In this document: piece by piece, positions 12,180-22,913 of the stretch
Layout: every line of letters begins with the position of its first letter
How positions within the stretch are numbered: the first letter of the stretch is position 1
Assembly: GCF_964194025.1 (NCBI RefSeq)
Contig: NC_134481.1
Span: forward strand, 47,988,001-48,052,000
Direction: 5' to 3'
Length of the DNA stretch: 64,000 nt
Source of the DNA: Convolutriloba macropyga
Taxonomy: Eukaryota
Translations under genes and position numbers: made by a program
Notes under the pieces: model-generated
Seen by the model: only the letters and a program-made list of their open reading frames with translations
The model's database searches: none
What the model was told of the DNA's origin: nothing

Positions 12180-15100
12180 TGTAACAAATAATAATGCAGA
12201 CTTGAGAGCAAAAATCTAAGGGTTCCCCACACCCTCAGTTTTAGGAGTTACCAGTCTTAAGAGAAAATTAGTTTTGGCAATTAATACATTCACAATCGAT
12301 TCTCCAGGTACATGTCATTCACGTAGTAGTTTCTGTGAAAATCCAAGTACAGATCCAAAAGAAGAGATCCTGTGGTCCTCTTCAATATGAACTTCATTTT
12401 TGAAATAATCATAAAATACGTTTGCCAGGTTACAAGTTCGCATCCAAAAATCAGACTCGAATTTCTTTAGACAACAATTGGAGAAATGTTCACCAGCATG
12501 GCTCTCAAGTTAGACTAATACCTCTAATACGCAAAATTAAGACCGCGTACAGTTCCGTTGTCGACGTTACGAGAACTATGGCAAAAGGCTAAACAAAAAA
12601 CAATAGTAGTAGTAATAAAATCTTCGGGCTTTTTCCCGTGGGGTATCAATCCCCGTGTTCATCAGTCCATTTCAATTTATCTTTTTCCAGTTGTTACATG
12701 TTCCATATTTGCGCACTATTCGCCAGGTGCACCTGTTCAGTTGATTGAAATTGTGTGAAGTATTCCCAGTAAATGTTGGTGATTGTTTGCTTATTGAGTA
12801 CTTCGCCGTAGTTTCTGTATACGCGGGAGACAATTTTATAAAAGAAGCTTTGTTTGATGGAAGAAGTTTTCATCCGCTTTTGCATGCCTATTAAGACGTG
12901 TTCTACGGCTTACCTTCTTTAGGGTACTGCTGGAACTGTCTTATGGTTGTCTCAAGAATAATAGTTAATCTTAAGGCTTACCTGACTAACTAAAGTTCTA
13001 TTCCTCTAGTCTGTTACTCTTCTATCTGAGCTTCAGTAGACGGTGCACGGGCCCCAATGCTACGGTCTAACGTTTATCTCAATACAAAACAAGAGCGGAG
13101 TAGAGAGAGAGAAATATACTTTATTATTATATCAGGATGGTAACTGGTACTGACTAAATAACTTTCTCTTCTGCTGAGAGAGGGTAGATGGGTAAACACA
13201 TAGAGGGAAAGAAGGATAAAATAATATATTATTTTTATCCAATCAGAAAAGAGTATTTCAGTCTTTCTGAATAAAGTCTTTCAAAATATTAAATATTCCT
13301 TTTTGGAAGTCATATCTGACTCCATCTTTCCGGGGTTTAGAGTTGTTTTGAAAGTCTTCCAATAGAATATAGTAGAATATTGTTTATTAATTTCTCTGTA
13401 ATCTCTCTGAAGGATTTTCTTTCTTTTTGGTTGTGTTGCTTGAAGACCGGCTTGTCTGTGAGTCGAATCCGAAACATCGGTTACCCAAAGAGCAAAGAGT
13501 GAACATCAACAACCACAAAAGTATCTATTCCACCACCACACTATCCAGTGGACGGAGATCCTTCTGGGTAGGCCCGTCGTTGATGTTGTAGGTGTCCTGA
13601 TGTCCGGCGTCGACTTACCTGGTTTGCTTGGTTTTGTTAGCTGTTAGGTGTTAAGAATCGTTTTTAGATTCACTACATGTTCTAATACGTAGTATCCCTT
13701 CCGGTTGGAAAGAAAATCGAAAGAAGTATGTTATGTTTTGTTGTTTTAATTGTTAGAGAGTGACATAAAGGAGAGTATGTCAACGAAATGGCGAATAACG
13801 TGTTTGGTTTTAGTGACATGGGATTCGTCGGCCATGCTGATTGGTAATGTTGTTATAGCAATTGAACATGTATTAATTAATGCTCCTGCTTGAAATCATG
13901 AGTTACTGAATGGTATTAGTTCTTACAATTGTTTTGTCATACTTCACTGAGGAAACATTTTCCGTATCTGTAAGATTTGAAAATGCTGCTTAGCGCTTTG
14001 TTATATTTTTACATCTACCTGCCAGTCTCTTATGAATTTGTTTAAAGGCTTATAGATCTCGCTTATAGTAGTTTGTAATGGGTATGCCCACAGATGACAA
14101 GTTCTTAGTCCCAATCAACAGTTATTTATTTAATTACATAAATTAAATTAACGTCTCTGTCTGCGCGCTTATAAGTCAAAATCAGTGTACCCAAAGGTCT
14201 GAGTACTACCCATTATGTGAGTTGTTACGATATAAAAGATTATTTTGTTAGCTGTTACTATAATCAACATAGTTTGGTGTTTACATGTGTTGCATGTAGT
14301 CCGTTCATGATGTCTTAATATTGCATGTGAAAATTTCGATTTGAAGGAAAATTCTGTTCTTTTTTGTTTTTAATCTGACTGTTTCGTATATGTTACTCTA
14401 TGTTAAATTTATAGTTTGTCATAAACAATAAATTTGTAATGTACCTTGGGTATGGTAGACTGTAAATTATCCCAAAGAATTCATTATGTTATGATCTGTT
14501 TTATGAGATATTCTCATGTCCTATAGTATTGTGTTACTCAGTGTTGATAACATGGCTTATGAGTCATTTATTAAAATGTTATACACAGTATGCATGTGCA
14601 ATAGTTTATTTGTTCTGTTTTTATTTGTTCTGATTTTATTTTATTTGCCTATTTGCTTTATTTACAAAATTGCATGTGTGTTGCATATAACTAACTATGG
14701 GAAAATCTTTGCATATTTACATATACAGTATTATAAAGTAGGTTGAGTTTGTATCTAAAAAAAAATAAAAACTTGTTTTTGGCTTTAAACTTTTTATTTC
14801 AAAACTGATGAACATTGAGTATCAGAAATGGGTATGAGGAATAACATATGAATAACATATGATAGGTATGTTCCATAATCAGGGGGTAAGATTCAGAATC
14901 ATGAGTTTACAAATTGGAAGAATTTGTTTGAAATGATAAAGATAAAGAGTTACAAACATATGCAAAGATTACAAACATGGTTTGGCGATGTTACAGTTTG
15001 TTCGTTAATTACGAAGACATTGAATTGTTACTTGTTACACTGGACGTTACTATAGCTTCTGCGTTTGTTTCGGGTGATTACTCCTTTCACAGTAGTGATT

Positions 15101-15278
15101 ATATTCTTTCAAGAAGTATTCGTCCTTTGAGAGATAATATCCAAGTAAGTTGACGATTTCCTTTAAGGGGGTTTCTGTTATTGATGCTTGTAAGGCATTG
15201 CAAATTTCTCTTTCTGTGTCTTGAATTTTTCGTTCGTTATTAAAGTTTAGGCGGTTTGTAATTGCCTTATTAGTTACA
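12180..15278 (-). repeat. Candidate 3' LTR, ~3.1 kb
   Basis: Ends form an 11/12 inverted repeat: minus-strand start TGTAACTAATAA (15278) and end TTATTTGTTACA (12180). Preceded by a short purine tract CAGGGAG (15285-15279). Left boundary cuts a LINE fossil. The second LTR is not in the window. Confidence 0.65.
13120..13246 (-). promoter_or_regulatory. Putative LTR promoter / R region (CCAAT box, AT palindrome, Inr, polyA signal)
   Basis: ccaatcag 13239-13246; near-perfect palindrome ggataaaataatatattatttttatcc 13214-13240; Inr-like TCAGT 13153-13149; AATAAA 13125-13120 followed by a CT/GT-rich tract. Confidence 0.5.
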
Positions 15279-16693
15279 CTCCCTGTGAGGTGATATACAT
15301 GGTACTCCTCACAAGGTTCGATCGCTTCCAGAGGTATCATGAGCGGTCGCTCTGGTGCGTCCTTTGGCTGGAAGACGTAGTAGTTTTTAATTGGATCAAA
15401 GTTTCTCAATGTTCCAATAGTGTACTCCCATTTTAATTTGTAGCTATAATTGAGGAAGTATGGTGATGTCAGTTGGTCATTGATATGAACGTAGCTTTTA
15501 GATTCTGAATTTTGTTTGTCTCTAAGGAATGTATAATATATCAGATTGTGAATTAATTTCGTCTCGTGAACTCTATAATTGTTGCTTTGAACGTCCTTTG
15601 GTGTAGGGTGGAGGAAGTTAAAACTCAGTTGGAAAATCTGGTGTTGCTGTGTAAAGGCGCTGTATGCGGATAGATCTTGAGAGGCTTTTGCCACTAAAAG
15701 ATCAAAGTTACAGTTTACTGGTAATCGAAATTCATAGTCGTAGTCGTACAGGAAACGTTCTGTGAGACTGTAGAATTGTTTTAGCTTAGGGTATTGAGAC
15801 TGGTGTATCTTGTCTCTACCCATATTTTTTGTGCTTCTTTTTACGGTATTTGTGTTTTCCGACGGGAGTGGCGGAAAAAATTCTGACACACGATCTTTCA
15901 GCGTGTGTAAAGGTGCCATAAAGAAGTTATAGGATCGAGAATCGAATGGCATATCTGCCCAATTTCGGTACGAGAGGAGTGGGTTGTAGTTCATTCCGTG
16001 AGGGTTACTAAGATTTTTTGGATCCTTGTTTTGGAACCAAATCGTTTCCATGACCGTCTCGGTCGGGGTCTGTTCGTTCGTTGATTGATGAAAGAACGAT
16101 TTTCTGTTATTAGAGCGGGGTGTCACCGCATATGGAAATCTTAAATTGTTAGTGGTAGGCATTGTTGTTCTTGCGAATAAACGTTGTCTAACATTGTTCT
16201 GTGTTTGTGGTTGATCAATTACGTAGTTGTCTGATGGTGGGGGTGGACGTACTGGCGGGGGGTAATTCGGTAGGGGTGGTGACATATATGTGTCACTACT
16301 GTTATAATTATAATTTTGTCGTGGTCTTGTGTTTTGATAGCTATGTGTAGCTATATTTGTTCCTTGTTCCGATATATTGTTAATATTATTGTTACCAGTA
16401 TCAAAAGATTGCAGATTTCGTCGATTACCAAATCTGTTTTGTATCTTTCGGGCTATGTCTTGTGGTGTCTGCACAATGTGTGTTTCGTTTTCCAGTTCGA
16501 CTCTGAGTGTTTTGATATTCTCGTCATTTGTGATCATATTTGTTTCAGTTTGAGTCCCACAGTCAGATGCACAGTCCCGAATAGTCCCGGGGCTGGATCT
16601 GCCTGACTCACAACTCAACTCTCCTTCTTCCACTTCGTAGGAAAATGGCGAGTCGGATTTGTATGGCGAGTCGTACTCCATGTTAGATGCCAT
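15050..16693 (-). CDS. Intact 547-aa accessory protein of unknown function, downstream of env
   Basis: Long uninterrupted ORF in AT-rich DNA. Disordered Pro/Ser/Asn-rich N-terminal half and aromatic-rich, globular-looking C-terminal half. Branch point TACTAAT (16725-16719) plus ttttag acceptor 9 nt upstream of the ATG. Confidence 0.85.
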   Translation of the reverse strand: MASNMEYDSPYKSDSPFSYEVEEGELSCESGRSSPGTIRDCASDCGTQTETNMITNDENIKTLRVELENETHIVQTPQDIARKIQNRFGNRRNLQSFDTGNNNINNISEQGTNIATHSYQNTRPRQNYNYNSSDTYMSPPLPNYPPPVRPPPPSDNYVIDQPQTQNNVRQRLFARTTMPTTNNLRFPYAVTPRSNNRKSFFHQSTNEQTPTETVMETIWFQNKDPKNLSNPHGMNYNPLLSYRNWADMPFDSRSYNFFMAPLHTLKDRVSEFFPPLPSENTNTVKRSTKNMGRDKIHQSQYPKLKQFYSLTERFLYDYDYEFRLPVNCNFDLLVAKASQDLSAYSAFTQQHQIFQLSFNFLHPTPKDVQSNNYRVHETKLIHNLIYYTFLRDKQNSESKSYVHINDQLTSPYFLNYSYKLKWEYTIGTLRNFDPIKNYYVFQPKDAPERPLMIPLEAIEPCEEYHVYHLTGSVTNKAITNRLNFNNERKIQDTEREICNALQASITETPLKEIVNLLGYYLSKDEYFLKEYNHYCERSNHPKQTQKL

Positions 16694-17018
16694 AGTTGAA
16701 TGCTAAAACTCAAATATGATTAGTATAATCTGTATTATATCTTCGATTTAGTATATGTTTGTGATAATAAAAGTTGTTATACGTTGTTCTAATTATAAGT
16801 TGTTGGAATTATATGTTTTGTTAATTATGTGTTTGTTATAATAACAATTGTTATACATTCTGATGTCGTTTTTGTGAAACTAGTTTATAAGTAGTTTGTT
16901 TTAGTCTTATTGTTCCTTATGAATGAATAAAAATCAAAAAATGGTATGGTAAAAAATTTGGCAAGTAATGGCGGGTGATTAGGTAATGTTAGTTGTTACT
17001 AAATGGAATTGTTTGTTT

Positions 17019-20000
17019 TTAGATTTCGTATGTATCAGCCGAATGGGTATCATAATATGTGACTTCATTCGTATGTGGCTGATCATTTTTAAGAATATCT
17101 AGGCTGTAGCTACGATTCTGCATTTTGTTATTTGCTAGTTTTAATTGGTTGAAATCTATTGGTGGCGGGTTCTGAATTTCTAAAAGTCTGGGAGTTGGTA
17201 TTAGTTTATGTTGATTATGTTGATTATTTGATGGTTGAGGAATTTCATATTGTGTCTGTTGTGTTATAGGTGATTCGTATGAATAGGGTTTAATCTGTAT
17301 GTGCGATTGTTCTATATTAGGTGCGCTTGGAGTTGGTATTGGGATTGATACAGGTGGGAGACTACTCAAGCGTTGGTACGCTGGAGGCGGTGTTATAAGT
17401 TGTGGTGGTATTGGTGGTAGTGGTTGGGTTTTGTTTTCATTTATTGTTGTTAATGTTTCCATTTTGAATTGTTCTGTTTTGTGTTTTCTTTCTGGTAGTG
17501 GTGGTGCTTGTTTCTTTGTTGGTGATTCTAATGTACGTAATTGTAGACCATGTTCTGTCCTACGTATAGTAGTGTTATAGTGTTTGTAGTTCGTATCTAC
17601 ATAATGTTCTGTTGGTTTATCTCTACGCGTTAATGTTGGTATTTCTGTTGAATGTCGTCTGAAATGTTGAATATGTATTCGTGAAGTATTATGTCCTTTA
17701 TTGTAATGTGAATTGTTATCATCATTACTATTATCATTATTATTGTCGTAATCATCTTCTTGTATTTGTGCAACTAGTTGGGTTAGTGTTTGTGAGAATA
17801 TTCCGAATATTCCTGTTAGGAGTATTTTTGTTATGCTTGCTTGTTTCCCAATCGCTTTGTGTATTGCAAAAGCGTTGTAAAATTTTATGATTAGGTTTGT
17901 TACAAATAATATCATGCTCATCATCGCATAGATGATAGCCATCTTTTCAAGTATGTACCATGGCCAACCAAAGATAGATAATATCTGATCTTTCAGCCAT
18001 GCTGCATCGAAAATTTCTTTCCAGTTTACACTTGGTTGATCAATCTGGAAGTTATATCCGTTTATATTTAAGTCCTTTAACCATTTAAGTGAATGTTCAT
18101 AATTTTTGTATGTTTGTAGTAATCCTAATTGTTCTAATTCTAGTAGTTTTTGTGCGTTAGCAGATTGTGCTTCTTGAAGCGGTTTTTCGCGGTCTCTCAT
18201 ATATTCGTGTAGTAAATCTCTTTTTCGTTCCTGTATTAATTGTTCCTTGCTGAAGATTCCACTTTCAATGAGGCTTGCTTTGCTGAACATGTTATCAAGT
18301 ACTATTTCTTCTGGTGATATTGTTTCTAATATTGTTTCTACTTTTATTGGATATGGTGTCAATCTGTATCTTACTGTTCCTTCTGTGTCTATTGAAATTA
18401 GTTGATCGAAATTACTATGTGAACATGGAACCGTTTTCGCCCAAAGGTAAGTTTGTCGTGTTAGTTGGTGTACATATTGTACTCTATTTTTGTATAGTAT
18501 TGGTATCTTGTCGTAACATTCACGTGTTTGTGGTACGTATAGTGGTGAAGATTTCTTTGCACATTTGTACATTTTCATCACATTAACTCCTTCTTGTTTC
18601 ACAAATATGGATCTATCTCCTGTAAGGATGTATCCTAATAGTGGTGTATTCTTTTGTACTTGTGTTAGAGCCAACTGTCGAATATTGCGAGTTTGTTCGC
18701 ATATCTGTGAATAGAATTCTATTGCCTGAAGACTAATGCGTGAATATATATTACTCATATAGAGGTCCATTTTCATTTGTAGATGTGTGTTCTCGTTTAC
18801 AAAACGATAATAATAATTTTGATGTTCCTCGTCTTCATATCTTGTGTATGCATTTGACATAATTTGTTGTGGTTTGATTTTTATAAATTTTTCTTCTTCA
18901 AATTTGTCTTCTTTTCTTGTTACTTTAAGTCCTGTATGCATGTCAAAACCATATTCGTATATTATATAAATATCATCGTATTCTGTTTTATGAAGTGGTT
19001 GTGGTGATCCTTATTCTCGTTCAACCAATGGGTAGATTTCAAATCTTGTTGCTATTGATGATGTATCATTATATTTTACTTTTTGATGTACATCTGGTTT
19101 TTGTACTGATGACCATTCCGCGTTTGTTTCTATCCAATACCGTTCCTGATACTTAACCATATATGCATCAAACCTAATAAGTTCAAATAGTTGGCAATGT
19201 GTTTGAGGTTCCCAAATGATTGTTGCTTTTGTAAATGGTGTTGGTAAACATTCTCCCTTGTGGAGATCACATGGTAGTTTTGTTCCCATATATGATATGT
19301 CTTTTGTATCAAGATTTAGTATTAACGAGACTTCTTTTATCTCTAGAGTCCAGTCTAAAATATCAATTCTATTTTGTTTTTTGACGCCTGATAGGCAGTT
19401 TGATTGTGCATTTTTGATTTCATTCGGTACCCACATTGGATTTGTATAATCATATACCAATCTTCCATATGGTGGTACCATTGGAGTGTCTATTCTGAAT
19501 TTTATATTTCCTTGTACGTTTTCTAGTCTCTTTTGTAATGGTGGGTTTGATAAGTAATTGAACGATATGTTATGCCTTGTTGGCTTGTATTTTGTATTTT
19601 TAAGAACGTTAATTCTGGCGAGTTCGTTACGAACTTCGTCTGGGTCTAGGATTTTCGTTCTTCGTGCATCTGATACGTAATAGCTTGGTCTGTTTGCTCT
19701 AATGTAATGAGTGTGTTGTGAACACCATTCTACTTTTTCTTTGATTGTTCCTGTAACAGCATATGCTTTAATTTCTACAGCTTGTGCTTTTGATAGTAAT
19801 TGGACTTCTGTTTTAGTCATTTCTAAGTCTAATGGTTTAAATTTACATGTGCTGATTTTGTTCAGTTCGTAGTATTTTACGTTTGTTATTTCTTCTGCAT
19901 CGCAGTCGTAGTGTTCGATAAAAATGTCTTGAGGTCCGACTGCTGATCCATTAATATTTTGTCCTTTCAATTCAACGTAATCTTCTTGTGTCTGTCGTTT

Positions 20001-20451
20001 ATTTCTTTTATTATTTAGTTGGAATTTTTCCAAAATACTGTCTGTTAATTGTTCTGTAGAAATTCCAATTTCGTGTCCATTTATCTATGGCTATTTCCCA
20101 CATTTGTTCGTAATCTGTACTATTCGTTAATTCCTTTAAGTCTGGTGAAGTGTACTTCGATGGTAATTTATATATTTCCATATCAAATGTTGTTGTATTA
20201 TCTAATACATGATCTATTAACGTTTTAAAATTATCTTGATCAGTTCCATTTATGTTATTTGTGTTTATTTTGTTTTTCTTTTGTAAGCGTTCCATATGTT
20301 TTTCCATACGCTCTTGTACATGTTCTTGAATTTGTTCTCTAATATTTTGTTTTGTTTTATATTTTGATCTTATTTCAGTGTCTATTTTCATATAGATAAA
20401 TAATGTTATTAGTAATAATATTAGTATGAGAGATTTTAATTGAAGCGGCAT
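17019..20451 (-). pseudogene. env: Envelope glycoprotein (chuvirus G-like), ~1143 aa, disrupted by one frameshift (~20085-20035) and one in-frame TAA (19013-19011)
   Basis: Joins ORFs 20011-20451, 19011-20033 and 17019-18941. N-terminal hydrophobic LILILLLITLFI; furin site KRNKR (~19995-20009); Cys/aromatic pattern IEHYDC..C..VQLL..WCSQHTH, CDLHKGEC..IIWEPQTHC, FYSQICEQ..KMYKC..ECYDKIPILYKN..VPCS; C-terminal TM WPWYILEKMAIIYAMMSMILFVTNLII. Confidence 0.85.
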
Positions 20452-21890
20452 GTGTATGATAGTCCGGTGTGTGGATTATAGAATGTTGCAAATCCTAAAG
20501 TTTGTTTTGTGTATCGATCGAATTTGTAGATGAAATCAATGCAAACAAATGGTGCTGGTATCGTTGTTGTTACAGTAGATGGTGTTGTCGCGTGGAAAGG
20601 ATGGTTGTATATGGTGTCGTATTTTATTGTAGTATTGAATTTTAGTTCTAGTGATGGTGTTGCTAGAACTTCAAGTGCTGAGTTTCGTTGGCGATGTGTT
20701 AAGTTTAAGGTATTTGTAAGTCTATTTCTTGACCAATTTGTGAGAGTATCTCCAAGATTAGTTGGTCCGTATAGTGGTGGAGGTGGATTCCAGGTTTTAT
20801 GATCTAATGGGAAAAGATATGTATGATCATTAGTTCTACTTAAAGTAGGTGGATTTGGGTTGAGTACGGGTGTTGCTCTAGTTCTTCCAGGGTGTGTAGA
20901 TGATAATCTTATTTCTGGTATAAATGAAGTAGGTGATAATGCTCTATGTTGCGGTGGTTGTAGAGAATTTGCTATTTCTATTCGTGGTACGCTAATAGAT
21001 GTATTTGTCAATGAGGATGTTCTTGGTGTTCTTTGTGGTGTTGAACTTGTACTTGCTGATTGTTGTGGTGATGTTGCTGACCAAAGTGAGCTATTTGGTG
21101 ATTGTATTGGTTGTACACGGAAGTGTTCTTGTACAAAATTGAAATCTTGTCTTTGTTGTGTTGTTGGCGGTAAAAATGGGTTAGCTCTAAGTTCTGATGA
21201 TGTGGGTGTTGGTATAGTATGCACACTTGATTGGCTTGGTGACGCGATACTAAAGTTTGATAGTGTTGGTGTACCTATTCGAGTTGGTGTTTCTGTTCGT
21301 TCTGCTTCTAAAGGTCTTATTATGTTTGATTCTATATCCGTTGATCCGTATGATACTAATGTAGAGTCTTGTGTAGGAAAAGATAATGATGCTCTACGTC
21401 TACCTCTTAAAAGGTGTCGTGTATCTGTTCTTGCTCGTCTTACTGTATATGGGTTTTCGTTTTCGGGGTTTGTTTCTTCTATTTCTGGCGATGTGGGTAT
21501 ATTTGTTAAGTCTGTTACTTCGTTATGATGAGGTCTTTCTGGGTGATTGTTACTATTGTTATTATTATTTGATGAAGCAATTTTTGCTGTTTTTAAATAA
21601 TTTCAGGCTCCAGAGCCTGGTCCAGGTGGTGGATGTGGTATGAACGGTGGGGCTAGTATAACTACTGGTATTAATTCTTGTTCTGGTTGGTGTGTTTGAG
21701 CTCCTAGGTTTGTAATCCAAATTTCATTGGTTGTGAGTCTAATATTGAGTTGATATATCACAATGTTACCATGTAATGGGGATGTGTCGGGGAATCCAAT
21801 TTGGAGGTAGAACTTTTGTGTATGTAGTGTATGATATATCGATTCTTCAATGTCTGGGTTGGTATCAATTTTTATGGATTTATAAAGTAT
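20436..21890 (-). pseudogene. ~485-codon Ser/Thr/Pro-rich accessory ORF with one internal TGA (21605-21603); overlaps the env start
   Basis: The frame of ORF 20436-21224 stays open upstream to 21890 apart from a single TGA (GSGA*NYLK). No ATG is present at its start. Confidence 0.65.
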
Positions 21891-22028
21891 TCAATTAGTC
21901 CTAAGCACGTACGTACGAAGAAGTATATTATAATTGCAATTTTTTTAAATTTAAATATTTCTAGTTCGACAATATCTATGTTTGTTTTGCATATATGATA
22001 AATATCGGAGTGAGTTTCATGCATCGAT

Positions 22029-22325
22029 TTATTGTACTGGTGGGCTTGCATATACCACTCGTCGGTTGCGTAAAACTTCGCTTATTGTTACAATAGCTAA
22101 ATATGCCGATACTACTACAATGCAAGGTACTAAGAGTATTGTTAGGAAGAATATTACTTTAGATAATATAAAGTAGATTGCGATTAAAGATTCGTTGAAA
22201 TCTATTTTTGAAACTGATAAATAAACTACAACTTTGTTAGTAATTACGTAAGTGTGAGGTGTAATGCTGCACTGCGAAGTGACAGTTATTTGCTCAATTG
22301 TAACTGACACTAAACCGTGCCGCAC
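22029..22325 (-). CDS. Putative small membrane protein (accessory)
   Basis: 98-aa ORF co-oriented with the element; long hydrophobic stretch LIAIYFILSKVIFFLTILLVPCIVVVSAYLAIVTI followed by basic RNRR; starts at GTG. Confidence 0.4.
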   Translation of the reverse strand: MRHGLVSVTIEQITVTSQCSITPHTYVITNKVVVYLSVSKIDFNESLIAIYFILSKVIFFLTILLVPCIVVVSAYLAIVTISEVLRNRRVVYASPPVQ

Positions 22326-22439
22326 TACAGATATTATTATACTGTATTTATCTGTAGATTACTATGACAATTACTGGTATCATATTTGAAAGTTTGTGTG
22401 GCAATATATTTCTTAAAATGTTTCTCTTTGGTTTTGTTT

Positions 22440-22913
22440 TTAAGACGTGCTTTTATCGTCTATGAGGGTTATAGCGTCCTTTTTACACACAACTATAAAA
22501 ACTGTTTTTAGTTTGTTAAGGTCAATACATTGGTCTGTTTGAATCTGTTGTTTCAGTAAGTTATACTCTGTGATTGTTTCGTTACAAACGGTTATTTGTT
22601 TTAGTAATTCAAAATGTTTTTCTCCCCAGAATAGTTTTACTTCGTGTCCGCTTTCTGTTTTTCCTTCAATAATAAATAAACAATCTTTATCCGAGAATTG
22701 ACAAAGTGTTGTTCGTATACTATCGTTATCAAAATGAATGTGATTACCAAAAGTGTAATCTATATTTGCAAAATCTTCTCTTTGGACTTGTATTTTTATA
22801 CAAAACTGTTTCGTATTCAAAGATTTGAAAAATTCTGACACTTTTATCATTGGTGGTTCTTCATCACTGTGGTGACTGTAGTGATGAATTAGTCTTTGGT
22901 AGAAGAAGTTCAA
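22440..22913 (-). CDS. Putative 157-aa accessory protein of unknown function
   Basis: Co-oriented ORF with globular protein-like composition; the annotated start is TTG, with an internal Met in PPMIKV. Confidence 0.55.
   Translation of the reverse strand: MNFFYQRLIHHYSHHSDEEPPMIKVSEFFKSLNTKQFCIKIQVQREDFANIDYTFGNHIHFDNDSIRTTLCQFSDKDCLFIIEGKTESGHEVKLFWGEKHFELLKQITVCNETITEYNLLKQQIQTDQCIDLNKLKTVFIVVCKKDAITLIDDKSTS

Noticed and set aside
15034-15040. TGTTACA just past the ORF547 stop as the LTR boundary
   Set aside because: No adjacent purine tract, and a shorter match to the 12180 terminus than the 15278 site.
20860-21528. 222-aa plus-strand ORF (also 28939-29394, 17299-17580 and similar)
   Set aside because: Antisense shadows of A/C-rich minus-strand coding sequence; V/G/C/L-rich with no recognisable motif.
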